Shown here piece after piece: positions 27,177 to 36,882 of a DNA stretch of 43,451 nt. The stretch's first letter is position 1. Each line of letters opens with the position of its first letter. Source of the stretch: a virus (taxonomy: Duplodnaviria; Caudoviricetes); the IMG/VR virus record IMGVR_UViG_3300048849_000035, positions 1 through 43,451 of that record; one strand, 5' to 3'. A program made the position numbers and the translations under genes. The notes under the pieces are model-generated. The model was not told the origin of the DNA. It did no database searches and saw only the letters and a list, made by a program, of their open reading frames with translations.

Positions 27177-30100
27177 ATGTCCGACCCCATCGCTATCCCG
27201 GAGGAGATCACTCCTTCGGGCACCCCTGCGGCTGCCGCCATCGCAGCCAGCCCCACCACCTCCCTCCCCTCCAACCTCGGCGCCGCCCTTCCGACCACCC
27301 AGGCTCCCACCGCAGGTCAGCGAGGGGATGCCGCCAGGGCCGCCTCCGAGAAGGCCCCCGGTCTTCTGGAGGGCCTCGATCTCGCCGTCCAAGACACGCC
27401 CACGGCGACCGTCTGGAACGGCATCTTCGGCGCCCGGCTGGCCCCTGATCCCAACTTCAAGCTGGACGAGCCGACGCTGAAGACCCTCACCGAGGGGCTG
27501 CCTCGGGAAACCTGGGATGCCCTTGGGGCCGCACGGTCCCTGGCTGAGGCGCAGTCCATCCGGGGGCACATCAAGGAGACCCTGGAGCGCCGCGAGAAGC
27601 TGGCCGCCATGGGTGTCACAGGTGCCGCCCTGAACCTCGCCGTCAACATCATCGACCCGACCGCTCTGGTCGCCGGATGGGCTACGGGCGGCGTGGGTGC
27701 GACGGCCAATATGGGCCGCGCTGGGCGTGCCCTGGTGGGCGCCATGGCTGGTGCTGGTGTCGAAGGCGGCCTCGCTGCCTGGACCGCATCCAACGACGCC
27801 ACGGCTTCCACCCGAGACGTGCTGATCGCGGCGGGCCTAGGCGGCATCGCAGGCGGCCTCGGGGGCTTCTTCTCCCGCAGCGGCGGGGCAGCCCAGATGG
27901 ACGCAGCGGACGAAGCTGCCGCGCGCCTCTCCAGCGCCGCCGTCCTCCGCAATCTGGAGGAGGCCGGGGTGCCTCTCTCGCGCACCGGGCAGTCCACCAA
28001 GGCGCACCTGCTGGCCACAACGGCGCAGCTGGAAGCCGAGGGCGCGGAGATGTTTGGCAGCTCCACCGCAGGCGCAGCCCAGCGCCCCGGTGTGACGCCC
28101 CTTAGCCAGGCCGCCGATGATCGCGCCTACGCCGCCGCCGAGCGCCTCGACGGGGCCACTTCGGTGGGCGGTAGGGCGCGCTTCGACATGGTCGGCCAGA
28201 GCCTCCAGAGCGAGCATCCGCTCATCAAGGAAACGGCCATGAACCTGGGCGAGGAGAGCGTCGGCCTGACCAAGGGCGCGACCACCTTCTCCGCCTCGGA
28301 AGATGCCAACCTCACCCACCGGGTGTGGCTCCGCGACATGTATGCGGGCGGCGTCTCGGAGGCCGAGCGCGCCTGGGTCAAGCAGAACGGCACCGGCTGG
28401 GTCTCCAAGAGGGCCGACACCGAGCGGTTCTACGAGGAGGTCAGCCGCGCTGTCCGCCGCCCGCCGGGTGCCTATACCAACGACCCGCACATCAACCGCG
28501 CCGCCGACAAGCTGCGCCAGTCCTTCGCCAAGATCCGCGACGAGGCTGAGGCGGCGGGCGTCCGCGGATTTGACCAGTTCGGTCCCAACGACACCTACCT
28601 GATGCGCGTGTGGCGCCTGGACCGCATCATGGCGGCCCGCGCCCAGTACGGCGAGGCGGCGATCAACCGCATGTTCGCCAATGCCGCCTTGGGTGGCTCC
28701 GCAGGGAACCTCTCGCCGCAGGATGCGCAGCGCCTGGGCAGGGCCTTCCAGCGCGCCCTGGTGTCCCGCTCCGTGGGCGCCGAGGTGGGTGCCACGATCC
28801 AGGGCACCTCTCGGGAAGGCCTGGAGGCCGCCATGCGCGCCACAGGTGTCACCGACGACCTGATCGAGCAGGTGCTGGGGCGGATGGATGACCCCTCTTC
28901 GGGCAACCCGTCCCGCGCCAAGCACCGCGTGTCCTTCGACGAGACGCACGTCGAGCAGACCTTCGCCGCCGATGGCGTGACCCGCGTGGACCTCCGCATG
29001 GAGGACTTCATGGAGAACAACGCCGCCGCCCTGTTCGCCCACTACTCGCGGCAGGTGGCGGGCCTAAGCGCCCTGGCGAAGAAGGGCATCCGCAGCGAGG
29101 CGGACTGGCAGCGGGTCATCAACGACATCCGGCAGACGGCGCCTGAATACTCGCCCAAGCTGGCCGCTAATCAGGCCGACCTCGACAAGGCCATCGACAA
29201 GCTGGAGACCCTTCGCAAGAGCGTCCTGGGCATCCCGCTGTCCCCGAACAGCCGGGCCAACCAGATCCTCCGCGTCCTGCGCGACTTCAACTTCGTCCGC
29301 ATGATGGGGCAGGTGGGCTTCTCGCAGATCGCTGAGTTCGGCGCTGCGGCCAGCCACGTCGGCTTCCGCAACATGCTCTCCTACGTCCCCGAGGCCTTCT
29401 CGGTGATCAAGCGCGCCAAGTCCGGTCGCCTCCCGAACCAGTTCATGGAGGAGATCGAGAGCCACTGGGCGCTGGGCGGAGAGCGGTATCTGGAGCGCAT
29501 GGCGGCCCAGTACGACCGCGAGGACGGCTTCCTGGCCATGGGGCAGGTCTCCAAGGGCCTGAAGCACCTGACCGACATCGTCTCCGACGTCAGCGGCATG
29601 GCGCCCATCACCTCCTTCCAGCGCCGCCTTGCGACCGCTGCGGCGATCAATCGGATGACCAAGATGGCCCAGAAGGGCCGGTGGCCGAACGAGAGCCAGA
29701 TGCGCAGCCTGGGCCTGGACGAGCCGATGATGCGGCGCGTCTTCGCGGAACTGAACACGAATGCCGCGCGGGTGAACGGCGTCTTCGGGCGCAAGGTCAC
29801 CACGCTGGGCTTCGACAACTGGACCGACGTGGAAGCCCGTGAGGCCTTCACCCACGCGGTCTATCGGTGGTCCCGCAAGGCCGTTCAGGAGAACGACATC
29901 GGCAACCTGTCCCAATGGATGACGACCCCGATGGGCCGCATGCTGGGGCAGTTCAAGACCTTCGTCATGGTGGCCCACCAGAAGCAGCTGCTCGCGGGCC
30001 TCTACCACATGGACCAGAAGGTTCTGACCGGCTGGGCCATCGGCATGTTCCTCGGGAGCATGACCTACATCGGCCAGACCAACCTGAACGCCTTCGGCCG

Positions 30101-30491
30101 TGGCGACACCGACAAGCACCTCGACCGCATGCTGACGCCCGAGAAGATCGCCCTGGCGGGCTTCAACCGGCTTGGCGCGGCGGCCCTGGTGCCGACCATG
30201 GTGGACAGCGCCCTCCTGCCCTTCCTGGGCTTCGACGGCCTCTTCACCGACGCCCGCTCCTCTGGCCTGGGGGCGGACATCATCTCGGGCAACCCCACCG
30301 TGCGCATGTTCGCAGACGTCGGCAACGTCGTCGGCGGCGCCGTGCAGACGGTCGTGGACCCCGAATACAAGGCGTCCAAGGCGGACGTCAAAGCCACCTT
30401 CTCGGTCCTCCCTCTCGGGAACGCCATCGGCATTCGGAACATCTCGAACCTGATGGCGGCGGACCTCCCCTACAAATCCACCAACCACTAA
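27177..30491 (+). CDS. Internal virion protein D (gp16-like)
   Basis: 1104 aa before the tail fiber; GRMLGQFKTF motif in the C-terminal part. Confidence 0.8.
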   Translation: MSDPIAIPEEITPSGTPAAAAIAASPTTSLPSNLGAALPTTQAPTAGQRGDAARAASEKAPGLLEGLDLAVQDTPTATVWNGIFGARLAPDPNFKLDEPTLKTLTEGLPRETWDALGAARSLAEAQSIRGHIKETLERREKLAAMGVTGAALNLAVNIIDPTALVAGWATGGVGATANMGRAGRALVGAMAGAGVEGGLAAWTASNDATASTRDVLIAAGLGGIAGGLGGFFSRSGGAAQMDAADEAAARLSSAAVLRNLEEAGVPLSRTGQSTKAHLLATTAQLEAEGAEMFGSSTAGAAQRPGVTPLSQAADDRAYAAAERLDGATSVGGRARFDMVGQSLQSEHPLIKETAMNLGEESVGLTKGATTFSASEDANLTHRVWLRDMYAGGVSEAERAWVKQNGTGWVSKRADTERFYEEVSRAVRRPPGAYTNDPHINRAADKLRQSFAKIRDEAEAAGVRGFDQFGPNDTYLMRVWRLDRIMAARAQYGEAAINRMFANAALGGSAGNLSPQDAQRLGRAFQRALVSRSVGAEVGATIQGTSREGLEAAMRATGVTDDLIEQVLGRMDDPSSGNPSRAKHRVSFDETHVEQTFAADGVTRVDLRMEDFMENNAAALFAHYSRQVAGLSALAKKGIRSEADWQRVINDIRQTAPEYSPKLAANQADLDKAIDKLETLRKSVLGIPLSPNSRANQILRVLRDFNFVRMMGQVGFSQIAEFGAAASHVGFRNMLSYVPEAFSVIKRAKSGRLPNQFMEEIESHWALGGERYLERMAAQYDREDGFLAMGQVSKGLKHLTDIVSDVSGMAPITSFQRRLATAAAINRMTKMAQKGRWPNESQMRSLGLDEPMMRRVFAELNTNAARVNGVFGRKVTTLGFDNWTDVEAREAFTHAVYRWSRKAVQENDIGNLSQWMTTPMGRMLGQFKTFVMVAHQKQLLAGLYHMDQKVLTGWAIGMFLGSMTYIGQTNLNAFGRGDTDKHLDRMLTPEKIALAGFNRLGAAALVPTMVDSALLPFLGFDGLFTDARSSGLGADIISGNPTVRMFADVGNVVGGAVQTVVDPEYKASKADVKATFSVLPLGNAIGIRNISNLMAADLPYKSTNH

Positions 30492-30499
30492 GGAGTCCC

Positions 30500-32704
30500 T
30501 TGCTCAAGCAGACCTACACCGCGAACGGTGAGACCCGGACCTTCACGGTCCCCTTCCCGTTCATCTCGCGTGACCACATTGGGGTTACCGTCAACGAACA
30601 GCCTGCCTCCTTCACCTGGGTGAACGGCGCGACCGTCCAGCTGGCCACCACGCCAGCCGCAGGCGCTCCGGTCAGTGTCACCCGCTCCACCCCTATCGCG
30701 CCCCTGGTGGCCTTCGTGGACGACCAGCTTCAGCGCGCCTCCGACTACAACATGGCCATCCGCCAGGGCCTCTACGTGGCCGAGGAAGCCACCGCTGAGG
30801 CGCAGCGCGTGGACGTGGATGTCTCGTCGTCCCTGCGGCGCCCCGAGAACGAAACCGACGTCCCCATGCTGCTGCCTGTGGCGCCCTCCCGCGCCGGGAA
30901 GCTGCTGGGCTTCGACGGCTCTGGCGCCCCCACGGCGGTCGCGCTGGACACCACGGCTCTCCTCCAGCGCCCCGAAGGCGAGGACAGCGGCTCCATGGTG
31001 CTGCCTCCCAAGGCCTCGCGCTCCGGGAAGCTGCTGGGCTTCGACGGCTCTGGCGCCCCCACGGCGGTCATGGTGGACACCTCGGCGGCCCTGAGGCGCG
31101 CTGAAGGCGACACCGCCGTCTCCATGGTGCTGCCGCCTGCGGAGACCCGCGCCGGTAAGGTGCTGGGCTTCGACGGCTCTGGCTCCCCCACGGCGGTCAC
31201 CCTGGACGCTTCCGGCGCCCCTCTGCCGTCCCCGGACCAGATCAACGTGGTGGCGCCCTATGCCCACACGCAGCAGCGCACCCTGGCGTCCAAGCTCGCG
31301 GACAGCCTCAACGCGGCCGACTTCGGCGTCGTGGGCGACGGCACGACTGACGACACCGATGCCTTCCAGATGGCGGTGTGGACGGCGGCCCAGGTGGGCA
31401 AGGTGCTCCACGTCAACAACGGCCGGTTCCGCTTCACGCGTCCGATCACCTCCTCGCGCGGCGTCCGCATCTGGGGCCAGGGCTGCGAACCCATGGCCTC
31501 CAACCCGAACCCGGTCTCGGACATCGGCAGCGGGACGTGGTTCCACTTCGACCACGCGGGCGAGGGCTTCGTCTTCGGCCATGTGGCCTCCTTCGCCACG
31601 GGCTTCGAGTATGTCGGCATCGGCCACATCCGCAGCCAGCCGTCCCCGCACGACCCCAGCTTCGAGGCCCTCAATTACGGCTTCGACATCGTCCTCAACA
31701 ACACCGAGATCTGGATCGACCGGGTGATCTTCCTGACCTCCTCGCGCGGCATTCAGATGCCCCACGGCGCGGCGGGTCGGCTGCGCATCGGCAGCATCTC
31801 GGGGCAGCCGCTGATCTGCGGGATCGACATCGTCGAGAGCTACGACGTCACCTCGTTCAACCACATCCACTTCTGGCCGATGTGGTCCAACAACCCCATC
31901 GTGCTCTCGTGGATGGCCACCCGCTCGATTGCCATCAAGACGGGCCGCTGCGATGGCCTGGTTGGCACTAACCTCTTCGTCTTCGGCTACCACATCGGTC
32001 ACCAGATCTACGGCATCCCGGCGGGCACCACGCTCCGCGCCCAGATCGTCAACGCCTACTTCGACCTCTGCGTCGTCGGCGTGCAGGTGGCTCCGAGCGT
32101 GGGCACGGGCGGCGCAGGTTCGACCTACGGCGCCATCGTGACCTACACGAACTACGTCTCCTCTGGCCCCGAATGGCACCTTGCCGACTGCGTCGCGGTG
32201 GCGGTGTGGGGCGCTGACTGCGACCTGACCTTCACCAACTTCGAGAGCGTCTTCAGTGGCTACGGCGCCATCCGCAGCCTCGGCAACAACAACCGCATCT
32301 CCCTCACCGGGCGTGTGGCGATCCGCAACTGGGGCCGCGACCGGACGGCCAACTGGCCCGCGCTGGAGGCCTCCTCCGGTGACACCCTGATGGTCCACGG
32401 CGATCTGAGCTTCTTCCCCTCGGCCGCCACGGCGCTCTACTCCGCCTCGGGCAAGATCAGCATCCCCGGCAAGACCGCCTCGGGTGTCGTCGATGTGCCC
32501 TCCGGGCCGGGCCGCACGGTGGGCGTCCACCACGGCCTGGGGCGCGAGCCGAAGATCTCCGAGATCGTGGTGTGGCCCATCGGGCAGTCCGCAGGGTCGG
32601 CTGGCTTCCACGTCCAGAACGTGACCAGCGAGACCTTCGAGATCTACACCTTCGGCACGCTCCAGCAGGCCATGAAGTACGGGTGGAAGGTCACCCTGGC
32701 CTAA
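30500..32704 (+). CDS. Tail fiber/spike (gp17-like anchor plus beta-helix domain)
   Basis: AAGGAG SD then TTG; YTANG..FTVPFPFISRDHI..VTRSTP anchor; ADFGVVGDGTTDDTDAFQ beta-helix N-cap. Confidence 0.92.
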   Translation: MLKQTYTANGETRTFTVPFPFISRDHIGVTVNEQPASFTWVNGATVQLATTPAAGAPVSVTRSTPIAPLVAFVDDQLQRASDYNMAIRQGLYVAEEATAEAQRVDVDVSSSLRRPENETDVPMLLPVAPSRAGKLLGFDGSGAPTAVALDTTALLQRPEGEDSGSMVLPPKASRSGKLLGFDGSGAPTAVMVDTSAALRRAEGDTAVSMVLPPAETRAGKVLGFDGSGSPTAVTLDASGAPLPSPDQINVVAPYAHTQQRTLASKLADSLNAADFGVVGDGTTDDTDAFQMAVWTAAQVGKVLHVNNGRFRFTRPITSSRGVRIWGQGCEPMASNPNPVSDIGSGTWFHFDHAGEGFVFGHVASFATGFEYVGIGHIRSQPSPHDPSFEALNYGFDIVLNNTEIWIDRVIFLTSSRGIQMPHGAAGRLRIGSISGQPLICGIDIVESYDVTSFNHIHFWPMWSNNPIVLSWMATRSIAIKTGRCDGLVGTNLFVFGYHIGHQIYGIPAGTTLRAQIVNAYFDLCVVGVQVAPSVGTGGAGSTYGAIVTYTNYVSSGPEWHLADCVAVAVWGADCDLTFTNFESVFSGYGAIRSLGNNNRISLTGRVAIRNWGRDRTANWPALEASSGDTLMVHGDLSFFPSAATALYSASGKISIPGKTASGVVDVPSGPGRTVGVHHGLGREPKISEIVVWPIGQSAGSAGFHVQNVTSETFEIYTFGTLQQAMKYGWKVTLA
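30830..31215 (+). repeat. Three tandem 129-bp (43-aa) repeats in the tail fiber
   Basis: (L/V)LGFDGSG(A/S)PTAV coded at 30902, 31031, 31160. Confidence 0.9.
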
Positions 32705-32750
32705 CCTGACGCAACCTAGGGAGGCGCCTCAGCGCGTCTCCCGCCCTCCC

Positions 32751-32963
32751 ATGGAAAAGATGGACCCCTTTCAGGCTGACGTCATCGACCGCCTCGCGCG
32801 GATCGAGACGAAGCAGGACACCCTCGTGACGACGCAGCTGCTGCACTCCGCACGCATCGAAGCCCTAGAGGCGTTTCGCAACCGCATCCTTGGTGCGAGC
32901 GTCCTCGCGTCCTCCGCCGCCTCCGCCCTCGTTTCACTTCTGATCGCCCACTTCACCAAGTAA
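32751..32963 (+). CDS. Small coiled-coil plus transmembrane protein (holin/XhlA-like)
   Basis: DRLARIETKQD..RIEALE then a hydrophobic C-terminus; start may be 32760. Confidence 0.65.
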   Translation: MEKMDPFQADVIDRLARIETKQDTLVTTQLLHSARIEALEAFRNRILGASVLASSAASALVSLLIAHFTK

Positions 32964-32975
32964 AGGAGCATCCCG

Positions 32976-33389
32976 ATACTTTCCGCTATTCTTGGCGGGG
33001 TCGTTTCCCTCGTCACCGGCTCCGTTGAGCGGTGGCAGGAGGGGCGAGCCGCCGCCGCCGAGCGTGATGGGAGGATCGCTGAGGCGACCACCCAGGCGCA
33101 GATCGAGGCCCTGAAGAAGGCCCAGGACAGCGAGATCGCCTGGGACCAGCTGGTCGCCGGGCAGATGTCCACCTCCTACAAGGACGAGATCCTCACCTAC
33201 ACCTTCCTGCTGGTCTTCGTGGCGGGCTTCTTCCCGCAGACCCAGGACTACATCGCCCGTGGCTTCGAGGTCATGACGAACGCCCCGGTGTGGTTCCAGA
33301 CCTTCTTCGCGGTCGCTGTGGCCGCCGCCTTCGGCTTCCGCAAGGTCGTCGAGATCATCGTGTCCCGCATCCCCGGCGCCCGCCGGTAA
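32976..33389 (+). CDS. Putative 3TM-type holin; proposed ATA start
   Basis: Open frame LSAILGGVVSLV...EIAWD...SYKDE...PVWFQ...AAFGFR extends upstream of ORF-track start 33165; AAGGAG 32963-32968 then ATA 32976. Confidence 0.7.
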   Translation: MLSAILGGVVSLVTGSVERWQEGRAAAAERDGRIAEATTQAQIEALKKAQDSEIAWDQLVAGQMSTSYKDEILTYTFLLVFVAGFFPQTQDYIARGFEVMTNAPVWFQTFFAVAVAAAFGFRKVVEIIVSRIPGARR

Positions 33390-33403
33390 CCCCCAGGAGA
33401 ACC

Positions 33404-33565
33404 ATGAAGACCCTTCGACGCTACGCCGCCCGCGCCACCCTGGTGGTGCTGTTGCCCCTCGCCTTCGTCGCTGACAGCGCCACCAAGTGCGCCAGGGTGA
33501 TCCTTGAGACCTATCGGGAGGCCGCCGAAACCTTCCGCGACTGCTGGGAGGTGACCGCCCGGTGA
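33404..33565 (+). CDS. Hypothetical protein, 53 aa
   Basis: AGGAGA SD; GTGA overlap with the next gene. Confidence 0.65.
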   Translation: MKTLRRYAARATLVVLLPLAFVADSATKCARVILETYREAAETFRDCWEVTAR

Positions 33566-33837
33566 GCCGCGCCAAGGACGAGATCCTCGGCAAGATCCAC
33601 CAGCTGCTGGCCGACGAACTGACCAAGCGGCTGCTGGAGGGTGAGGCCACCGGCAAGACGAACGAGAGCGGGGAGCCGGTGATCATCCCGGCCTCCGCCG
33701 CCACCCTGAACACCATCCGCCAGTTCCTCAAGGACAACGGCATCACCGCCACGCCGATGCCCGGCTCGCCCCTGGAGCACCTCTCCAAGCTGGCGAACTG
33801 GGGCCACGACGACGACAACCGCTTCGCCCTGACCTAA
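33562..33837 (+). CDS. Terminase small subunit (gp18-like)
   Basis: ASAATLNTIRQFLKDNGI motif; synteny. Confidence 0.9.
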   Translation: MSRAKDEILGKIHQLLADELTKRLLEGEATGKTNESGEPVIIPASAATLNTIRQFLKDNGITATPMPGSPLEHLSKLANWGHDDDNRFALT

Positions 33838-33987
33838 GGGCCGCACAGGAGCGCCTAGGAAGCCCGCCAGGGCCTCCTGGGGCTTCTCCGCTACCTACGT
33901 ACCCGCATCCCTCTGGAAGACCGCTGGCACCCCGCTGGCGGCCTCCCTGAGGCATGTCCTCACCCCACCACCCCTAGCAAGGAGACG

Positions 33988-35697
33988 ATGACCAAGAGCA
34001 CCGACGAGGTGGACCTCGGTCCCCTCAACGACTTCCGGGTTCTGCTAGACCTCATCTGGCAGCACCTGAACCTACGGGGCGGGCCTACCCCCGTCCAGTA
34101 CGACATCGCCCACTACCTCCAGCACGGCCCCAGGCGTGCGGTGATCGAAGCCTTCCGTGGCGTCGGCAAGTCCTGGGTGACCTCGGCCTTCGTCATCTGG
34201 TCGCTCCTGAAGAACCCCCAGCTGAACATCCTGGTGGTCTCGGCGTCCAAAATCCGAGCCGACGACTTCACCACCTTCACCATGCGCCTGATCAACGAGA
34301 TCGACATCCTGGCGCACCTGCGGCCCAACGCCGACCAGCGCAACTCGAAGGTGTCCTTCGACGTCGGCCCGGCCCGCGCCTCGCACGCCCCTTCGGTGAA
34401 GTCGGTGGGCATCACCGGCCAGCTGGCGGGTTCGCGCGCGGACCTCCTGATCGCGGACGATATCGAGGTGCCCAACAACGCCGCCACCCAGGCGATGCGT
34501 GACAAGCTCTCGGAGGCCGTGAAGGAGTTCGACGCGGTCCTGAAACCAGGCGGTCGCATCATCTATCTGGGCACGCCGCAGACCGAGCAGTCGCTCTACA
34601 ACAAGCTCCCTGAGCGCGGTTACCAGATCCGCGTCTGGCCCGCCCTCTATCCCACCCCGGAGCAGCTTCCGAACTACGGCGAGAACCTCGCGCCGCTGAT
34701 CGCGGACACCCTGGAGCGCCAGCCGGACCTCGCGGGCCGTGCGGTGGACCGGAAGCGGTTCTCGGATGTGGACCTGATGGAGCGTATGGCGTCCTACGGG
34801 CGCTCAGGCTTCGCCCTCCAGTTCATGCTGGACACCCGGCTCTCGGACGCCGACCGCTACCCGCTGCGGCTCTCCGATCTGCTGGTGATGAACCTGAACC
34901 CCGACCGGGCGCCGAGCCATGTGGTCTGGGCCACCTCGCCCGAGCTTGCGATCAATGACCTGCCCTGCGTGGGCATCGCCTCGGATCGCTACTACCGCCC
35001 CATGTCCCTGGCCGACGAGTGGCTGCCCTACCAAGGCACCGTCATGGCCATCGACCCCTCCGGTAAGGGCAAGGACGAGACCGGCTACGCCATCGTCTCC
35101 ATGCTCCACGGGGTGCAGTACCTGCGCGCCTCAGGGGGCTTCAGGGACGGCTACGGGGACGCCACCATGGAGGCCCTGGCGAAGCTCGCCAAGGAGTTCG
35201 GGGTGCGCCACATCCGCATCGAGCAGAACTTCGGTGGCGGCATGTTCGCGGCCCTCTTCAAGCCGTGGCTCCAGAAGGTCGGCTATCCCTGCGTGGTCGA
35301 GGAGGAAACCTCGTCGTCCCAGAAGGAGAAGCGGATCATCGACGTGCTGGAGCCGGTCCTGAACCAGCACCGCCTCGTGGTGGACCACAGGGTCATCCTG
35401 AGGGACTTCAAGAGCACCGAGGATCTCCCGGCCGAGGACGCCAACCGCTACCGCCTGTTCTACCAGCTGACCCGCATCACCAAGGACAAGGGCGCCCTGG
35501 CCCGTGACGACCGCCTGGATGCCCTGGCGATGGCCGTGGCCTACTGGGTGGAGCAGATGTCCAAGGCCACCATGGAGGCCCATGAGGAGGCCATGGAGCG
35601 GCTGAAGAAGCAGCAGGTGGAGGACTTCATCCGGTCGGCCATGGGCGGACGGGGTGACGAGGCATGGGGCTACGCCACCATGCTAGACCTCCCCTGA
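33988..35697 (+). CDS. Terminase large subunit (gp19-like)
   Basis: AFRGVGKS, ADDIE, LGTPQ, IDPSGKGKDE, DDRLDALA. Confidence 0.97.
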   Translation: MTKSTDEVDLGPLNDFRVLLDLIWQHLNLRGGPTPVQYDIAHYLQHGPRRAVIEAFRGVGKSWVTSAFVIWSLLKNPQLNILVVSASKIRADDFTTFTMRLINEIDILAHLRPNADQRNSKVSFDVGPARASHAPSVKSVGITGQLAGSRADLLIADDIEVPNNAATQAMRDKLSEAVKEFDAVLKPGGRIIYLGTPQTEQSLYNKLPERGYQIRVWPALYPTPEQLPNYGENLAPLIADTLERQPDLAGRAVDRKRFSDVDLMERMASYGRSGFALQFMLDTRLSDADRYPLRLSDLLVMNLNPDRAPSHVVWATSPELAINDLPCVGIASDRYYRPMSLADEWLPYQGTVMAIDPSGKGKDETGYAIVSMLHGVQYLRASGGFRDGYGDATMEALAKLAKEFGVRHIRIEQNFGGGMFAALFKPWLQKVGYPCVVEEETSSSQKEKRIIDVLEPVLNQHRLVVDHRVILRDFKSTEDLPAEDANRYRLFYQLTRITKDKGALARDDRLDALAMAVAYWVEQMSKATMEAHEEAMERLKKQQVEDFIRSAMGGRGDEAWGYATMLDLP

Positions 35698-35718
35698 GGT
35701 TAGGTTGCACGAAGAGGG
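35696..35718 (+). promoter_or_regulatory. Phage RNAP promoter (phiOR-like)
   Basis: GAGGTTAGGTTGCACGAAGAGGG after the terminase gene, followed by an AT-richer tract. Confidence 0.8.
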
Positions 35719-35829
35719 GGAAGGATAACCTAAGATATCTATAAAGAGAGCTTTGTAGGTTATCGGTGTAGGTGTCGTTGTAGGAGGTTCATCTAAGCCA
35801 GTATCTTAGGTGTACCTCCTAGCTCACCT

Positions 35830-36670
35830 AACCAGTGTCTGAGGTGAGCCTATAGGTGACCCCGCCCCGTACACCTCCCCCAGACCACCTCCCTTCATAG
35901 ACCTCCCCGCTTCGGACTGGGCAGAGAGGTCTCCCGGCCAGTGTCCGGTGTCCAGGCTGTTGACCAGTGTCCGACGTGACCTCCAGCCAGTGTCCGATCT
36001 CCCCAAGAACTCCCAAGTACCGCTCAAGTAATCCGAAAGGTTTTACTACAAAAATCTGAGCGACCCTCGAATATCTGATGAACGCGCGCACCCCCCGTGG
36101 CCCCGCCCGCGATCCATGCAGACGCCCGCGCGCCACACGCCCGAGCCACTACCGCGCACGCGCAGCGCCCGCCCGAGCAGCATCCCGCGCGCACGCATGG
36201 GTGCTCTAGCGGTGCCCCTGTCACAGCTTGTGGCGCAACCGAGGCTCCGCCCTAGGCTAACCCGTTGTAATCGCTCACCACGCAGCGGATATGGAATCTC
36301 CCATGCACAGCCCAGGCGCCGCCCATGCGCACTCACGCGCACCCAAGGCGCACCCAAGCGCCCGCTCACGCGCTCGCGAGGCAGCTAGTCAGCGGTGTTA
36401 TGTTATAACATCACATCTCCACTTCTCATCGCCTGCTGTTTTGCCCGGATGATATCCGCCTCGCACGCTGGCCCGCACACGCGCCTACACGCACCCACGG
36501 CGCACCCACGCCCACCTAGGCGCCCGCCCATACGCGCACCCGACGCACCCACGCGCTCCGCACGCGCACCCAAGGCGCCCATACGCGCACCCGACGCGCC
36601 CACCCGCTCGCTCCGCCCTGGTGGCTCCCGAAACGCCGCCCTGGTGCCGCCCTGGTGCCGCCCTGGTGGC
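35830..36670. repeat. Non-coding genome-end (terminal repeat) region with short repeats
   Basis: CCAGTGTC at 35832, 35938, 35964, 35987; 22-bp repeat at 36525 and 36576; GCCGCCCTGGT x3 at 36635-36667; lies between terminase and early genes. Confidence 0.75.
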
Positions 36671-36785
36671 CTAAATCCGCTTCACAATCGCCTAAAGCGC
36701 CTGGTCAGCGGCTCTCTAAGCCCTTGATATTCCATCGCTTTTCAAAAAAGTCGCCGCGGATCGCATTTTTCCTGTTCAGGAGGGG

Positions 36786-36814
36786 TTGTCTCAACCTCGG
36801 CCAGCGGATAGAAA
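36786..36814 (+). promoter_or_regulatory. Candidate sigma70 early promoter
   Basis: TTGTCT-N17-TAGAAA upstream of boxA and the first early ORF. Confidence 0.5.
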
Positions 36815-36869
36815 CCATTTCACCGGCAGCGAGGCACCCCACCGAAGGGGACGCCAAGCCAGCCGGGAC

Positions 36870-36882
36870 CGCTCTTTGACAA
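36870..36882 (+). promoter_or_regulatory. boxA antitermination element
   Basis: CGCTCTTTGACAA resembles rrn/lambda boxA (GCTCTTTAACA) and lies in the early leader, as in T7/T3. Confidence 0.7.

Noticed and set aside
29867-30499. ORF-track N-terminal extension of the tail fiber
   Set aside because: Overlaps gp16 out of frame; the SD, TTG and gp17-like anchor start at 30500.
36381-36410. dif / Xer site
   Set aside because: TTATGTTA resembles the XerD arm, but there is no XerC arm at the right spacing and the phage has its own integrase.
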